From positions 62,001 to 87,706 of the forward strand of contig KE560428.1 of assembly GCA_000442015.1 (NCBI GenBank): a stretch of DNA of 25,706 nt. The letters run 5' to 3'. The notes under the pieces are model-generated. The model ran no database searches and had not been told where the DNA came from. It saw only the letters and a list, made by a program, of their open reading frames with translations. This document shows positions 13,137 to 23,197 of the stretch, one piece after another. Both the position numbers and the translations under genes were made by a program. This DNA comes from Rozella allomycis CSF55. Its lineage: Eukaryota. Each line of letters starts with the position of its first letter. The stretch's first letter is position 1.

Positions 13137-15286
13137 TTAATCTAGATTTATTAAATGCCAGTTTCCTCCACAAATACAATTATTCTTAACAAAATCAATC
13201 CACGGGTTGGATGGTAACGTGTAATTGCAACACATATCACATTTCATTACGGCTTTCGATTCCCATATGGCTTCATGAGTAATAAAGTCATGAAAAACTT
13301 TTCCCTTGAAGTCTCTTTTACCATCAAAGTTTGTCTAGTAATAATGAGGCGTATTTGATTTACCCATGGAAAAGACATTAAGCAATCTTCAAAGAGAAAT
13401 TCTGGAAATTCTTTTCCTTCAATGAAAAATGAATTGAACTGCGATGTAATGGAATCAATGATATCTTGTGGCATCATTTGTTTTAAAGGTTTGTTTGCTG
13501 TGTATAAAACCTGAAATAAATGAATTTTGCAATCTTAAAACTGCTAATGAGAATGGTTACTGTTAAGAGTTAACAATGTGCCCACAAAGTTTCGTAGATG
13601 AAGTGGATGCCGCATTAGCACGGTTCTATAAGGTAAATATTCTTCAAGAATCTCGCAATCTTTTAGCTTGTGTTTTAAAAATGCACAAAATTGTAAGAGA
13701 CCAATAAATTTCTGTCTAAACTCTTCATTGCAAAAGGGCAAAATCTATTTTAACTTTGAATGGATTCTTACGAAAGGCAATATTTTGGGTTCTTTGTTGT
13801 TGATTCTTTTATTGCTGGCAATATTTTGAAAATAGAGGTTTAATAAAAACATATTTGAAATGTTCAAAACGTAAAATGCGATTGGTAACAGTTTGGGCAT
13901 AAACTCTAACAATGACCATCAGGAGAGGCATTTACCTTTTGATATGCAATTATCATTTATTTTGGTTGACAAGTCAGACTTTGTAATAAAGCAAATCAAA
14001 TCATGAATGTGAAACACTTGCAGCAATAGCATTGAATCTGTATTTTCACTGTACAAAGACTTTTGGTCCATTGATAGACAATACTGAATCCCAATAATCT
14101 CTGTATTGGTGAATCTATTTATCGCAGGATTACTTAACAATAATCTCAAGAATGAGCCATAGTTGACATGTCCTTGCTGAACGATGTGTTTAANCCAAAA
14201 GCTTCGGCAACTCATTATAGCGCAGATGAGTTGTTTATCAAGATTTTCTACTATTGGGTTCTGATAAACTTTTATTCCTCCTTCAGAATCTTCATAAAAG
14301 CTGCATATTGAAGCATTGTTTAAAGTTAAGCATGAATAAATTCTTTTGTCATCAAGTTTATCAAATGAATCTTCGTGAAATTCCAAAACAGGCTTTTGCA
14401 AATCGCGACTAGAATAACTTTTCGAATGTACTAATACTATGAAAAAACCAAATGTTTAAAACTAGAAAATGAAATCAAAATATACGGAAAAGAGAAATGT
14501 ACGTAATCTATTGAAGGATAACAAGGCATTTCCATTGTCTGATTGAACTTTAGTGATTTTAATGTAGAATCAAATTCACACAGACTCAAAGTGTATTCTC
14601 TGTTAAATAAACTGCATTCTCTTACTGTCATTATTCTTCAACAAAATTGAGATTAAATTATATTGAGCCTCCACTGAAACGATTTTGCCTTTAATCAACT
14701 TGTTATTCTCTGAATACAATGACAGAGTATTCTTTTGAATGACTAGATCAAAATTAACACGATCATCATTCTCGTATACAATAACAAAACAATTTTCTAT
14801 TAACTCCAGTAAATTCTTTTACTATTCATGGTGAAAATTCTTGCTTGTATAAATTGTTTTTCTAATTGCAAACTCTCAATTTCCCAAGAATCATCAATAT
14901 TCTGACCTCCCAAATAAATCTCACAATAATACTCCATAACTTTTACTGTTCCATTCCCACTAACAGCCGCAAAACACAGAGAATCCGTGGCAGCTACCTT
15001 TTTCTCAAACGAACCATCCCAAACCCACTATTCAATCAATCAACACAAAAATTACGCTAGTATTTTGTTTCAAAACAGTAACATCAACAATCTGGTCATT
15101 AAAATTCCGTTCAAATATTCTCTCCCCACTCTTCCCCTCAACAATAACCAGCTCTGTGTCATTCCATCCAGCGACAAAGTCCCTATTACATGTCGCATTC
15201 TTGAATCCAAAATTTTCAACATGTCCACTCGCAACATCATAAATTTTAAAAGGCAGGAATATTTTAGAGGAAAGGAGCCATGGCAT
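13137..15286 (-). CDS. MED16: Divergent Mediator tail subunit Med16/Sin4-like protein; about 8 short introns, N gap at 14194
   Basis: The spliced frame has a beta-strand-rich N half (propeller-like) and a helical middle. The C-terminus HDFITHEAIWESKAVMKCDMCCNYT..PWIDFVKNNCICGGNW matches the Med16 terminal D..CxxC..W..CxCGGxW signature. Stop TAA at 13137-13139. Confidence 0.72.
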
Positions 15287-15289
15287 TTA

Positions 15290-15300
15290 CGAAAATTCGG
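15290..15300. promoter_or_regulatory. Quasi-palindromic CGAAAATTCGG element in the 20-bp MED16/SLA1 divergent gap
   Basis: Related CG-A3-5-TT-CG elements sit 12-16 nt upstream of three other start codons (198-208, 9836-9846, 22929-22939). Function is inferred only. Confidence 0.4.
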
Positions 15301-15306
15301 TGCTGC

Positions 15307-18300
15307 ATGATCTTTATTGACGTTGCTAGAGCTTTGTACGATTACGCATCAGATTACAGTGAGGAGCTTTCGTTCAAGCAGGATGATGTGTTGTTTATCA
15401 CATCGAAAGAAGATCCCGACTGGTACTATGCGTATTTGGACGGAGCGGAGGGGTTTGTGCCGTTTAACTATATTGAAGTGGTATTATTGTTGGTGGAAAT
15501 GTATGTAGTTGCAGCCGTCGTCTGATGCGCGGTGTTTGTTTGACTATTGTGAAGCGAATAATGAAGAGCTGAGTTTTAGAGAGGGAGATTTGGTGACGAT
15601 ATATGATACGAGGGATGATAATTGGTGGATTGCGTGTTTGAAGGGCAGATTTGGATTTGTGCCGGCGAATTATGTTGAAATTCAGAATGGAGGGTTTAGC
15701 GAGCAAGTGATTGCTTCATTTGATTCGCCTATGAATGATGGGCAGTTTGATCAAGTGATTGAGCCGGTAATTTTATGGAATGAATTTGATAGGTTGAGAA
15801 TCAGTTAAAGATACAAGAGGGGAATATTGAAACACAAATTCAAGCTGAAGAAATTGTATTTTTAAAAATCATAGTAAGAGATAAAGGAATTAGCAATAGT
15901 TTAATGAGAAGAAGAAAAAGAAAAAGGGAGAAATTTGTTTTCAGGGAAAGGAGAATGAACATTTTGTCGTTTGATGTGAACAAGGACGTTGTAGCTTTAA
16001 AGTTAAAAGAAGAAGTGATAGAGTTTACGTTGGTGACACAAAGTGACATTGAAATATTAAAAAATAGATTAAGAAATGTTACTGGAGAAAAAGAAGAGAA
16101 AGTGAAAAAAGTTTTAGCGAATAAGATTGGAGATAAGGAGAGTGAAGAGAAAATAGAAGAAATTAGAAACAAAGAATATAAAAACGAAGAAGTTAAGAAT
16201 AAAAATGAAGTATTCAGCTCTAATGTAGTTACTGAGAATGTTAAAACAATTCAATCAACACCAAAAATTGTGTTTGCTAAAGTTGCATACGAGGCGAAGA
16301 GAAAGGAAGAAATTTCAATAAAGGAGAATGAAAATTTTATTGTAATTGATGATTCTGATTCTGAATGGTGGAAAGTGAAGGCAGTTTCTAAAAAGGGTCG
16401 TGAAGGGTTCGTTCCTTCATCTTGTCTTGAATTGAAACAAAAATTGATAATTCAAAAAGAAAACAAATTAGAAATAATTCAAGAAAACAAAGTTGATAAA
16501 ATTGAAAAGGTTGAGAGAATTGAACAATTGGAAAAGATTGAAAAGATTGTAAACCCTGCGATTCCTAAAAGATCAGAAATTCAATCACCTGAAAAGATTG
16601 TAATCCCTGCGATTCCTAAAAGATCAGAAATTCAATCGCCAATTTCTAATTTTGCAAAGGCTGATAAATTNCGCCAATTTCTAATGTAAAAGACTTAAAA
16701 GATGCAAAGGCTGATAAATTGACAATTAAAACTGATTTTGCACCACCACCTTTACCACCGAGATCCAATTCTTCTTCGCAAAACGTTTCGCCAGTTGCAC
16801 CACCATTACCACAAAGAGGTTCAAGTCCAATTGTTAAAGAAGAAATAAAGCCAGCTGTAGAAGTATTTGCACCACCACTTCCACAAAGAGTCTTTCAAGA
16901 CACTAGAGTTTTAAAGGAAGAAAAAGAAAGTGTTATTTCAACAACAAATAGAAATAATTTGAAGCAAAAGAAGAGTCTTCCTGTATTGCCAAGTAGACCA
17001 AAAGTAGATTCAACGATGAGATCAAATCAAGAAGTTAAACCTATTGAGACACAAAAACCTTCAGAATTTAAATCTGAACCAATAATACCAAAACCACCAA
17101 GAAATGTTCCCATTAACAATCCGAATACTAGAAATATAGACTCAAATTCAAACTTAAACACCAATTCAAATTCAAACTTAAACTCCAATAAAGATTCAAC
17201 ACCATCGTTGATAATACCCCCAAGAAAATCATCAGCGTCTAAACCGCCATCATCACCAACAAGAAGAACGCTTCCACAGAGACCAACGGAACAAGAAGTG
17301 TTAAAGCCACGACCATCCAATATTAGAATATGGAAAGATAAATCAGAAACATTTAAAGTTGAAGCTGAATATTTGGGCTTGTCTGACAATAAAGTTGTCT
17401 TGTTTAAGACTAATGGAGTTAAAATTGCTGTTCCAATAGAAAAATTGTCTGTAGAAGATATTAAATACGTTGAATCTTTAACTGGAAAGAATTTCAATCA
17501 AACAAATTCAATTGAGCTTTTAACGCCAAAGAAATTAGATTCAGACATTAAAAGTGAGAAGAATGAGAAGAAGGCGAAGCAAATGAGTGAGAATAATATG
17601 AGTGAAATGAGTGAGAAAAAGCAAATGATTGAAATGAGTGAGAAGAACAAAATTAGTGACTTTAATTTAAATGAGAATAAACTTAATCAATTTAATTTGA
17701 ATGAAAGGAAACAAATAGTTTCAAGTCAAACAAACCAAATAGAGTCCAATGAACAAAAACAAATGGAGTTTTGGATGAAATTCTTTTCTTCAGCTGGAAT
17801 TTCAAATTTTGATTCAAAACAATACGCTGAAGAATGTTTAAAAAGAAAATTTGATGAAAAAACAATTTCTACATTTTCAAGAGAATTATTAAAAGAATTA
17901 AATATTGGTGAGGGGGACATTCAAAGAATCAAAAAAATATTACCAGAAAATCATTCTTTAAATGTTAAATCAATTGAAAGTTTAGATTCGTCATTTTCTA
18001 AAACTCAAGTAAATTAAAACTTTTATCTTATTCAGATTTCTCCTTTGTCTTCTAGAAGAAGTAGCAGACTAAGTAATCTTTTTTATATTCTCTTATAAAG
18101 ATAATCAAAGCACAACACCTCCTCTACCAACAGCTGAGAATATGATCAACGCTAATAGGAAATCATCCTATCAATCTTCAAATCAACAATCCTCAAATGT
18201 TAATCAATTTCAATTCAATTCTCTCCCTTCAAACTTTAAAAATGCTACGTTTTCTGCCACCAATGTTCAAAATACAACTAATTCTATTCCAACAAATGTA

Positions 18301-19368
18301 CCATCTTCTATTGCAACAAATGTCCCATTAGCAAATTTACCTCGCTCATCATCGTCTCAATTTAATTTACCTTTAAACAACAATTCAAATTCATTTCAAA
18401 ATATTCCAAACCAATTCTCTTCGTCAAATATTATAAAACCAAATGCGTCTCAGCCATTTAACACTTTGAATGGTTCAACGAATAGTATCCCTTCAACACT
18501 ATCATCGAATATACCTTCAAATATGCCTCCTACAATGCCTGCAAATATGCCTTCAAACATTCCTTTAAATAACATGCCCGCAAATATGTCTACTAATAAT
18601 ATGCCCATCCTCAATAACTCTGCATATTTTAACAATAATTCTTTACAGTCAAATGCTGCTAACAATAATTCTTTTCAAATGAACAATCCAATGAATTCAT
18701 CTATGAACTCTTTACCAATGACTAATGCTAATAGATTTAATAACAATGCNCATTCCTTCAAATATGCCCCCTACAATGTCTACGAATATGCCTTCAAACA
18801 TTCCTTTAAATAACATGCCTGCAAATATGTCTACTAATAATATGCCCATCCTCAATAACTCTGCATATTTTAACAATAATTCTTTACAGTCAAATATTAA
18901 TAATTCTTTTCAAATGAATAATTCAATGAATTCTTCTATGAACTCTTTACCAATGACTAACGCTAATAGATTTAATAACAATGCTATTCCATTGAATAAT
19001 AATGTTGGATTTAATAATATACCTTTGAATAACACACAATTACCCAATTATAATTCAATGGTAAATTCTATGCCAATCATGAACAATTCTTCAATGCAAA
19101 TTAACAATAATCCTATTCCAAATAGCCAAAGTAACAGAAATACTTTTAATCCTTCCATTATTTACTACAACGCTCAAGGCAACATGCAACCATTACAACC
19201 ACAGATTCAAGGAATTCAACCATTCGGATTACGTAACAAATCTTTCCTAATTTAATCATAGAATCAAATTCTAATCCAAACAATGACAAATATTCAGCAT
19301 TAAGGAATCCAGATTCCCATTCAAGCGTCTTTAACAATTCAAGTCAATTCAAAAACAATTTTCAATAA
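15307..19368 (+). CDS. SLA1: Sla1-like endocytic adaptor: SH3-SH3, PH-like segment, SH3, Pro-rich region, SHD1, SAM-like SHD2, Asn/Met/Pro-rich tail
   Basis: Three SH3 domains (ARALYDY..EELSF..DWY..GFVPFNYI; LFDY..EELSF..NWW..GFVPANYV; AYEA..EEISI..SEWW..GFVPSSCL). SHD1 reads RIWKDKSETFKVEAEYLGLSDNKVVLFKTNGVKIAVPIEKLSVEDIKYVE and SHD2 reads FWMKFFSSAGI..LKELNIGEGDIQRI. Introns at 15481-15508, 15767-15792, 18009-18035, 18073-18100 and 19233-19261. Exon structure near 15860-15990 is ambiguous. N-flanked duplications at 16671 and 18750. Confidence 0.92.
16540..16641 (+). repeat. 51-bp coding tandem repeat, 2 copies (EKIVxPAIPKRSEIQSP)
   Basis: Units start at 16540 and 16591, are in frame and have no N between them. 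Each carries a PxxPxR SH3-ligand-type motif. Confidence 0.85.
18510..18983 (+). repeat. About 240-bp near-identical duplication around the N at 18750 in the Sla1 low-complexity tail
   Basis: IPSNMPPTMPANMPSNIPLNNMPANMSTNN...ANRFNNNA appears twice, with substitutions and a 6-nt indel. It could be two alleles or a true tandem repeat. Confidence 0.75.
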
Positions 19369-19423
19369 TATCCATTTTGTACTAGCAATATAAATAAAGT
19401 CATATAATTATTGCAAAAGTTTA

Positions 19424-20185
19424 TTAACAACACGATAAATATTTATGCCTAGCTCCAAGCTTCACTGTAGATCCCTTGTCATCATCCCCAGCAAACAAAA
19501 CTTTTCTCTCAAGCACAGATCTAATCAAATGTCTACAAGATTCTTCAATATTAATATTCTCCTTGGCTGACGTTGGATACCTCTTTATAAGAATACCAGC
19601 ATCATTACCATGCAATGAAATTATGCGCCAGCACAAACTCATCCAGTCTCTGTTGCATAGCTTCAATTTCACTCTTCGACAAGGCATCCATCTATTTCAC
19701 ACATTAAATGACAATATTACCTTGTTTGCAATCAACACGACTGGAATATTACTTCCATCCTTGAATCTCACCTTGTCATCTACATCTCGTTTCCACTTCA
19801 ACACCACCTCCAGAGTCGTCGGCCGCGTCACATCAAAAACTAGCAAGGCACCCACACTTTCCTTGTAATACACCTATCATCCTCCAAACCAAGAATTACC
19901 CGCGTCATGGATCCAAACCTCTCTTGTCCAGCGATATCCCACAACTGGAGTCTGATTATGCTTCCATCTTCCCAATCAATTACTTTCAAGGCGAAATCAA
20001 CGCCAATCTGTTTATCATATCTGGGATAGTTACTGTGGACTTGTAATGCGTGGAGAACACATTGTGCACATATCTTTTGATTATCGATGTTTTTCCTATG
20101 TATTTATGGGGATGCTTTTACCTGTGCCTAGATCACCAACAACCAAGATCTTGAATATATGGCTAGATTGCGAATCAGCTGACAT
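19424..20185 (-). CDS. RAB32: Rab GTPase of the Rab32/38/29 subfamily; 5 introns of 26-29 nt
   Basis: The spliced product has [64 protein letters not shown] (WDIAGQE is the subfamily hallmark, versus WDTAGQE), LIANKMD, TSAKENINIEE and a C-terminal CC prenylation site. Confidence 0.92.
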
Positions 20186-20350
20186 TGAAATTTCACAATT
20201 GAATCAATATATTTTTGGTAAAATAAATCAATCAATGTAGAGAAATCATAATTCCCATTCGATATCTTACATACTAGTAAATAGTAATGCTGTTTATCTC
20301 GTCGAATTCTTAATTGGAAAATATTTTTGATAGATTAGGAAATTGCTGGA

Positions 20351-22134
20351 ATGTTTTCACCAACTAGCCTTCTTTTCAAAAAATTAACTCCTCAAAACAA
20401 ATTCCAATCTTTTAAACGAGTCGTAGACGTGATGGAAAAGCAGCAGCGGTTTCTCCTGCAAGCATTGCCTAAAAAAGAAAGAAAGTATAAATTGATGCAA
20501 TTTGTTAAGAAAAAGACAAAAATCTTGGCACATAGAGTAATAATACTATTTTTGTTACAAAGACTGTTATTAGAGAGACGATTGAGCGAGTTCCTTTTAG
20601 ATTTCAATTGGCCAGTCCAAGAGATATTGTTGACGGCAGAAAAAATGGAAATGAGCCTTTGGCTGAATCATTTGAAGAGATGGATTTGAATCCGAAGATT
20701 AAAGAGGTCTTGGCAGAATCTGGGTTTAGACGACCGACGGAGATTCAGGCAATGGCGATTCCGAAATTGATGCAGAGGAAGTCAGCCGTTATTGCCGCGG
20801 AAACAGGTAATTGTTGTTAAAATGTTTAATAAATAGGTAGTGGGAAATCATTGGCATACATGCTACCGCTTGTACATAATATGTTTCACGACAAGTTTAC
20901 GATGCGATCAATCACCAGACAAAAGAACCCGAGAGCTGTCATTTTGGTGCCGACTAGAGAATTGGCTTTACAAGTTTTGGTAAACAGAATAAAATAATTG
21001 AGACAGTCCGTGTTGAGCAGTTTTCTGTTGAATGGAAGAATGAGGGCGATTGCATCTTTGGAACAATTCGGATCAGTAAGCTTTATGGCTCCATTCAATT
21101 GTAGAGGAAAAAGATGGAAGATCCGTTTGATGTTTTGGTGACTAGTCCTACTAGATTGTTACAGTTGATTGAGCATAATGAAATTTTAACTTCAGAATTA
21201 AAGTACATGGTTATCGATGAAGCTGACTCTTTGTTCGATTCGGAATTTGCCAGAGATACTTTAAATTTGATTCAAATTTTAACGGACGAGAAGAGACCTA
21301 TTCCATTGGAATATATTAACATTGTTAGTGCCACCATTACTAGATCGGTAAAGAAAATGATAAATGAATATTTTCCCGTAATTATTGATTCATAAAAATG
21401 ATAGACTTTTGAGAGAATTGTTACAAAGAATATTCACGTGTTATTGAATGAACTGAAACAACGATTTATTCTGATAAGGAATCCAGGGAACGCCAAATTA
21501 GGTATCATATAATAATATAGATGATAGAAATTTCCCTTCAAATTTTAGATAAATATCACGATGATTACTTTATGGTCTTTTGCAATGATAAAGTCCAGTG
21601 CAATAAAATTTTCGATTATTATTATCGACATAATTTAAAACAATGTGGAATCATTCATGGAGGTGTAAGCTTTGAAGTAATCTACTGGCCTTGCTTCAAT
21701 TAGGATCGTCAAACAATCATTAAAAGGTTTAAAGACAAGGATATTAGAATCTTAATTTGCACAGACATTGCAGCCAGAGGAATTGACTACCCTCACGTAA
21801 TCATTAGAATATCAAAATCATTATTTAGTGTGATCATGTTCTTATGTTTGACTTTCCAAGAAGCCCTGTAGATTATCTTCATAGGGCTGGTCGCACAGCT
21901 AGGGTCACCAAACAAGGAAGAAAACCTGGCCGCGTGACGTCTTTGGTTACAAGAAAGGATAAAGTAATTGCAAGATTCATTCAATTGGCTATTCAAAGAA
22001 AAGTCCCTGTGACTGATTTGACCGAGGATTCAGAAAATGTTGCCAAAGCAAAAATTAAGATTAATACTCGTATCAAGTCCTTCAAGGAAGCTAAAAAGCT
22101 CATAAAGGCAAGAAGCAGGGGATTAATTGAATAA
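20351..22134 (+). CDS. DEAD-box RNA helicase, probably the mitochondrial DDX28/Mrh4 type; about 8 short introns
   Basis: Q motif FEEMDL..GFRRPTEIQ, then AAETGSGKSLAYMLP, PTRELA, SPTRL, IDEAD, SAT, TDIAARGID and HRAGRTAR. The AAETGSGK variant and the basic N-terminus suggest DDX28/Mrh4. Confidence 0.88.
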
Positions 22135-22220
22135 ACAAATAAATTCATGTCATTATAGATATTTATTTGAGATTAAGAGTAGCCTAATATTGCTATAATA
22201 TTTTTACAATATCATTCTTT

Positions 22221-22916
22221 CTAAGGACCTCGTTTTCTCTTTCGTCTTTTTTTACTGGGGGCCTCCTCTTCTTGTCTAACTCTCTCGATGTGCATTTTCG
22301 TCCATTCAACATAATTCGGGGTACCTTCAGGATATAGTTCAAATGGCAATGTCTTGCAATCGTAAACAATTTGAGCCAAATGAATCAGAATCTGTGCAGT
22401 CATTCCCCAAACTCTATAATTGTCAGCCATAAATTCATGCAATCTAAATTGATAACCGGCCCAATCAATATCATAGTAATTATAGTCTTTGGTAGAAATG
22501 AACATTGATAGGGGTACTGAAAATGCACCATCTACTTCCTTTGGATTATTCTTGGGAACAAAATCATCCTTGATAATTGCCACTACGGGCTGAACATATA
22601 TGTAAGCCTTTGAAAGGGTAGGATTTATCAGACCCAATACTTTACTGACATCTCTGGCTTCTAATCCTATTTCTTCATTCGCTTCTCTTAATGCGGTTTC
22701 AATGTCATCGGAGTCTGAAGGGTCCTTCTTACCACCAGGTAGACAAACTTCTCCGGCATGCGATTTCAGTTTTGACGATCTTACTGTTAATAGAACATAA
22801 AGGTCATCTTCGTGTACAAATAAAGGAATCAATACAGCTGCACGTGTCACAGAATTTGGAATGTCATTGATGCTTTCCCGTTGAAACTGGCTTATTCTAT
22901 TTAGATCATAAATCAT
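22221..22916 (-). CDS. CoA pyrophosphatase, Nudix NUDT7/NUDT8/PCD1 family; intronless
   Basis: AAVLIPL, CoA-type motif LLTVRSSKLKSHAGEVCLPGG, Nudix box GGKKDPSDSDDIETALREANEEIGL, NPKEV..F.VPL and VWGMTAQIL. Confidence 0.93.
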   Translation of the reverse strand: MIYDLNRISQFQRESINDIPNSVTRAAVLIPLFVHEDDLYVLLTVRSSKLKSHAGEVCLPGGKKDPSDSDDIETALREANEEIGLEARDVSKVLGLINPTLSKAYIYVQPVVAIIKDDFVPKNNPKEVDGAFSVPLSMFISTKDYNYYDIDWAGYQFRLHEFMADNYRVWGMTAQILIHLAQIVYDCKTLPFELYPEGTPNYVEWTKMHIERVRQEEEAPSKKRRKRKRGP

Positions 22917-22989
22917 GGAAACCGATGACCGAGATTTCGTAAATACTAAATACTAGAATATTTAAATATATATAAATCTTCAATTAATA

Positions 22990-23052
22990 CGATCCACATT
23001 GAAGCAAATATGTAGTTAATNCGATCCACATTGAAGCAAATATGTAGTTAAT
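22990..23052. repeat. Exact 31-bp duplication around the N at 23021; probable unmerged contig overlap
   Basis: cgatccacattgaagcaaatatgtagttaat occurs on both sides of the N. Confidence 0.9.
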
Positions 23053-23197
23053 CTATTATTTTTTATGTCCCTCACAAACTAATTATTTCAATTTTCAAAG
23101 TAACAATTAAGTACAAACAATCAAAAATAAAAGAAAATGGCTATCAGTCTCCATAGTCAAGAACTTTCAATCTTATCATTCCAAAATTTAGAAATTT

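Noticed and set aside
15860-15990. Possible programmed frameshift in the purine-rich run of SLA1 (alternative frame FNEKKKKKKGEICF)
   Set aside because: The unspliced frame is already open through this region, and the alternative needs an unsupported second junction. It cannot be resolved without cDNA.
17140-17710. Short repeats (NSNSNLN 24-bp units; MSE/MSEK units; FNLNE)
   Set aside because: These are ordinary low-complexity linker expansions within the Sla1 CDS. There is no repeat-spacer structure, so this is not CRISPR-like.
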